DNA of 63,855 bases, counting the filler, from the NCBI GenBank assembly GCA_964501035.1. It is 4 parts of 4 records of this genome, joined end to end, with 100 filler letters (N's around TTAATTAATTAA, not from the genome) between each part and the next. Parts side by side here need not be neighbours in the genome. Positions count along the whole stretch, not along the records: positions 56,377 to 63,855 come from CAZCRK010000068.1; 3 more parts are not named here. One strand, given 5' to 3'. Under the pieces are notes generated by a model. That model worked only from the letters and a program-made list of their open reading frames with translations. It did no database searches and was not told the DNA's origin. How positions within the stretch are numbered: the stretch's first letter is position 1; each line of letters begins with the position of its first letter. The translations under genes and the position numbers were made by a program. Shown here in pieces: positions 62,370-63,855 of this stretch.

Positions 62370-63521
62370 TTATAATTTTATCAAATCTTGCCAGTTTAGA
62401 ACATTGTTAAACTCCTGTTCTCCAGCATAAATTACTTGTGAGGATAAGGTAGATATACTTTTTGCAACATATTGCATATGTTTAAAATAATCTGGTCTAA
62501 TCGTTTGAGAATATTTTATTTCAAACAACTCATACGTTGTAGCATGCTCTAAAAGCAGATCAACCTCTCTACCACTACTATCTCTGAAAAATAGTAAATT
62601 ATAATCCAACTGGTTATTGTATTTATGTTTATAATATTCGGAGATAACAAAATTTTCAAATACAGCCCCTCGTAAGGGATGTGTTAGCAAATCATTACTT
62701 GATCTTATTCCAAGAAAATAACATAAAAGTCCTGTGTCAGAAAAATATAATTTTGGTGTTTTAACTAGTCTTTTATTTAAGTTTTTATGTATTGGTTGCA
62801 AAGTAAAGATTAATTGACTAGCCAGTAAAATAGATAACCATTGTTTTGCAGTAGGTTGTGAAATTCCGGCTTCTATGCTAATATTATTCATATTTAGCAA
62901 TTGACCTGTCCGACCAGCTACTAAACGAATAAATATCAAAAACTTATCTAAATTATTTATATTAATTAACTGCCTAATATCTCGCTCAATATATGTTTCT
63001 ATATATGATGGATACCACTCATTGTGTTTTATTCCCCTGTCGAAAATAGCTGGATATGAACCTTTTAACATGGTTTCTTCAAGGGATTTAACTGAATATT
63101 TTGTTTTTATCTCAGCTAAAGAAAGGGGTAATAATTTTAATATTCCAGTTCTACCTGCAAGTGATTGTGATATTTTTTCATTAATTTCAAATTGTTGAGA
63201 TCCGGTTAAATAGATTTGTCCCATTGTATATACTGAATCTGCATACTCCTGTAAATAGGAAGTTAAATCTGGATATCTTTGAAACTCATCAATAATCAAT
63301 GGTTTATCTTTGTATTGATTTAAAAAACCTCTTGGATCATTTTGAACCATTAATCGGTTATCTGGAGATTCCAATGTAACATACGTATAATCTGGGTACA
63401 TTTGTTTTAACAGAGTTGTCTTACCAGATTGTCTAGGTCCAAGAATTGTAATTATGGGATATTTTGATGATAAACGTTTTACACTTTTTTCAATTTCCCG
63501 ATTTATGTATGATTTTACCAT
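62370..63521 (-). CDS. AAA+ ATPase (AAA_14 + DUF4143)
   Basis: GPRQSGKT, IIDEFQ, TGS, ERDI, KLYFSDTGL, FENFV, EVD..EIK. Confidence 0.88.
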   Translation of the reverse strand: MVKSYINREIEKSVKRLSSKYPIITILGPRQSGKTTLLKQMYPDYTYVTLESPDNRLMVQNDPRGFLNQYKDKPLIIDEFQRYPDLTSYLQEYADSVYTMGQIYLTGSQQFEINEKISQSLAGRTGILKLLPLSLAEIKTKYSVKSLEETMLKGSYPAIFDRGIKHNEWYPSYIETYIERDIRQLININNLDKFLIFIRLVAGRTGQLLNMNNISIEAGISQPTAKQWLSILLASQLIFTLQPIHKNLNKRLVKTPKLYFSDTGLLCYFLGIRSSNDLLTHPLRGAVFENFVISEYYKHKYNNQLDYNLLFFRDSSGREVDLLLEHATTYELFEIKYSQTIRPDYFKHMQYVAKSISTLSSQVIYAGEQEFNNVLNWQDLIKL

Positions 63522-63691
63522 ACTTAAAACTACAGGAATTAAATGTATATTTCAAAGTTATACTTTTATATTTACTTGTTTTGACTCACTTTAAATTGAC
63601 TATTCCTTATTATACTATTATTTGTTTTCGTATAATTAACAATCTGTTTATTATACTCAAAGCAAAATTTAGATCTTCGTCCAACAACCGT

Positions 63692-63760
63692 AGTATTAAG
63701 ACTACTGAGATATATGCTAACTGGGTTAGGAAAGAAGAATTGGAAAAGTGGGTTATTTAA
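63692..63760 (+). pseudogene. Possible remnant of a tyrosine recombinase C-terminus
   Basis: SIKTTEIYANWVRKEEL resembles (LGH)xSIxTTxIY; upstream LGH and the rest of the gene are absent. Confidence 0.35.
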
Positions 63761-63855
63761 CTAACATTAATTTTTGAGTTTGCAGAAAGCTTTCACTAGC
63801 TGAATTAACTGAACTGGCATACATCTTCACAAAATAAACTCCACTTGCTTGTTGT
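63753..63855 (-). CDS. 3' end of another protein with a C-terminal sorting domain (begins beyond window)
   Basis: Translates to QQASGVYFVKMYASSVNSASESFLQTQKLMLVK-stop. Confidence 0.75.
   Translation of the reverse strand, partial: QQASGVYFVKMYASSVNSASESFLQTQKLMLVK

Noticed and set aside
1..63855. CRISPR array, rRNA, intact transposase or prophage, sel genes
   Set aside because: None seen. The selenocysteine machinery needed for the main finding is not in this window and remains unverified.

Overview
AT-rich bacterial genome sequence, probably a metagenome-assembled genome. Gene content points to an FCB-related marine lineage such as Marinimicrobia/Marinisomatota (inference only). The window is four pieces joined by artificial 100-N spacers carrying TTAATTAATTAA (19086-19185, 37696-37795, 56277-56376), plus one plain scaffold gap (61485-61584). 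Most genes are housekeeping: holB, metG, tatD, rsmA, sigma70, rpsU, glmM, deoC, pgk, tpiA, secG, recN, murA, trkAH, a biotin carboxylase/methylmalonyl-CoA mutase/birA/coaX cluster, folA-thyA-gltA, class II RNR, rpsT, guaB, hutH and two tRNAs. The standout signal is at the start. ORFs 1897-2112 and 2140-3450 are one gene interrupted by an in-frame TGA that falls exactly on the first Cys of a thioredoxin motif (W-TGA-G-P-C, versus WCEPC in the adjacent paralog) and is followed by a SECIS-like hairpin. This predicts a secreted selenoprotein with the architecture signal peptide / thioredoxin fold / TSP3-like Ca repeats / dockerin / cohesin-like domain / YPNPFNP C-terminal sorting domain. It sits in tandem with a Cys-only twin, between a DUF6029-like barrel gene ending in CxxGxC and a DUF4835 (PorD-like) gene. 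Other dockerin-, cohesin- and sorting-domain proteins occur elsewhere in the window, suggesting a non-cellulosomal cohesin-dockerin surface assembly displaying Se/S redox enzymes. A porin / flavinylated FMN-binding / HmuY-like / rhodanese cluster is a second accessory module.
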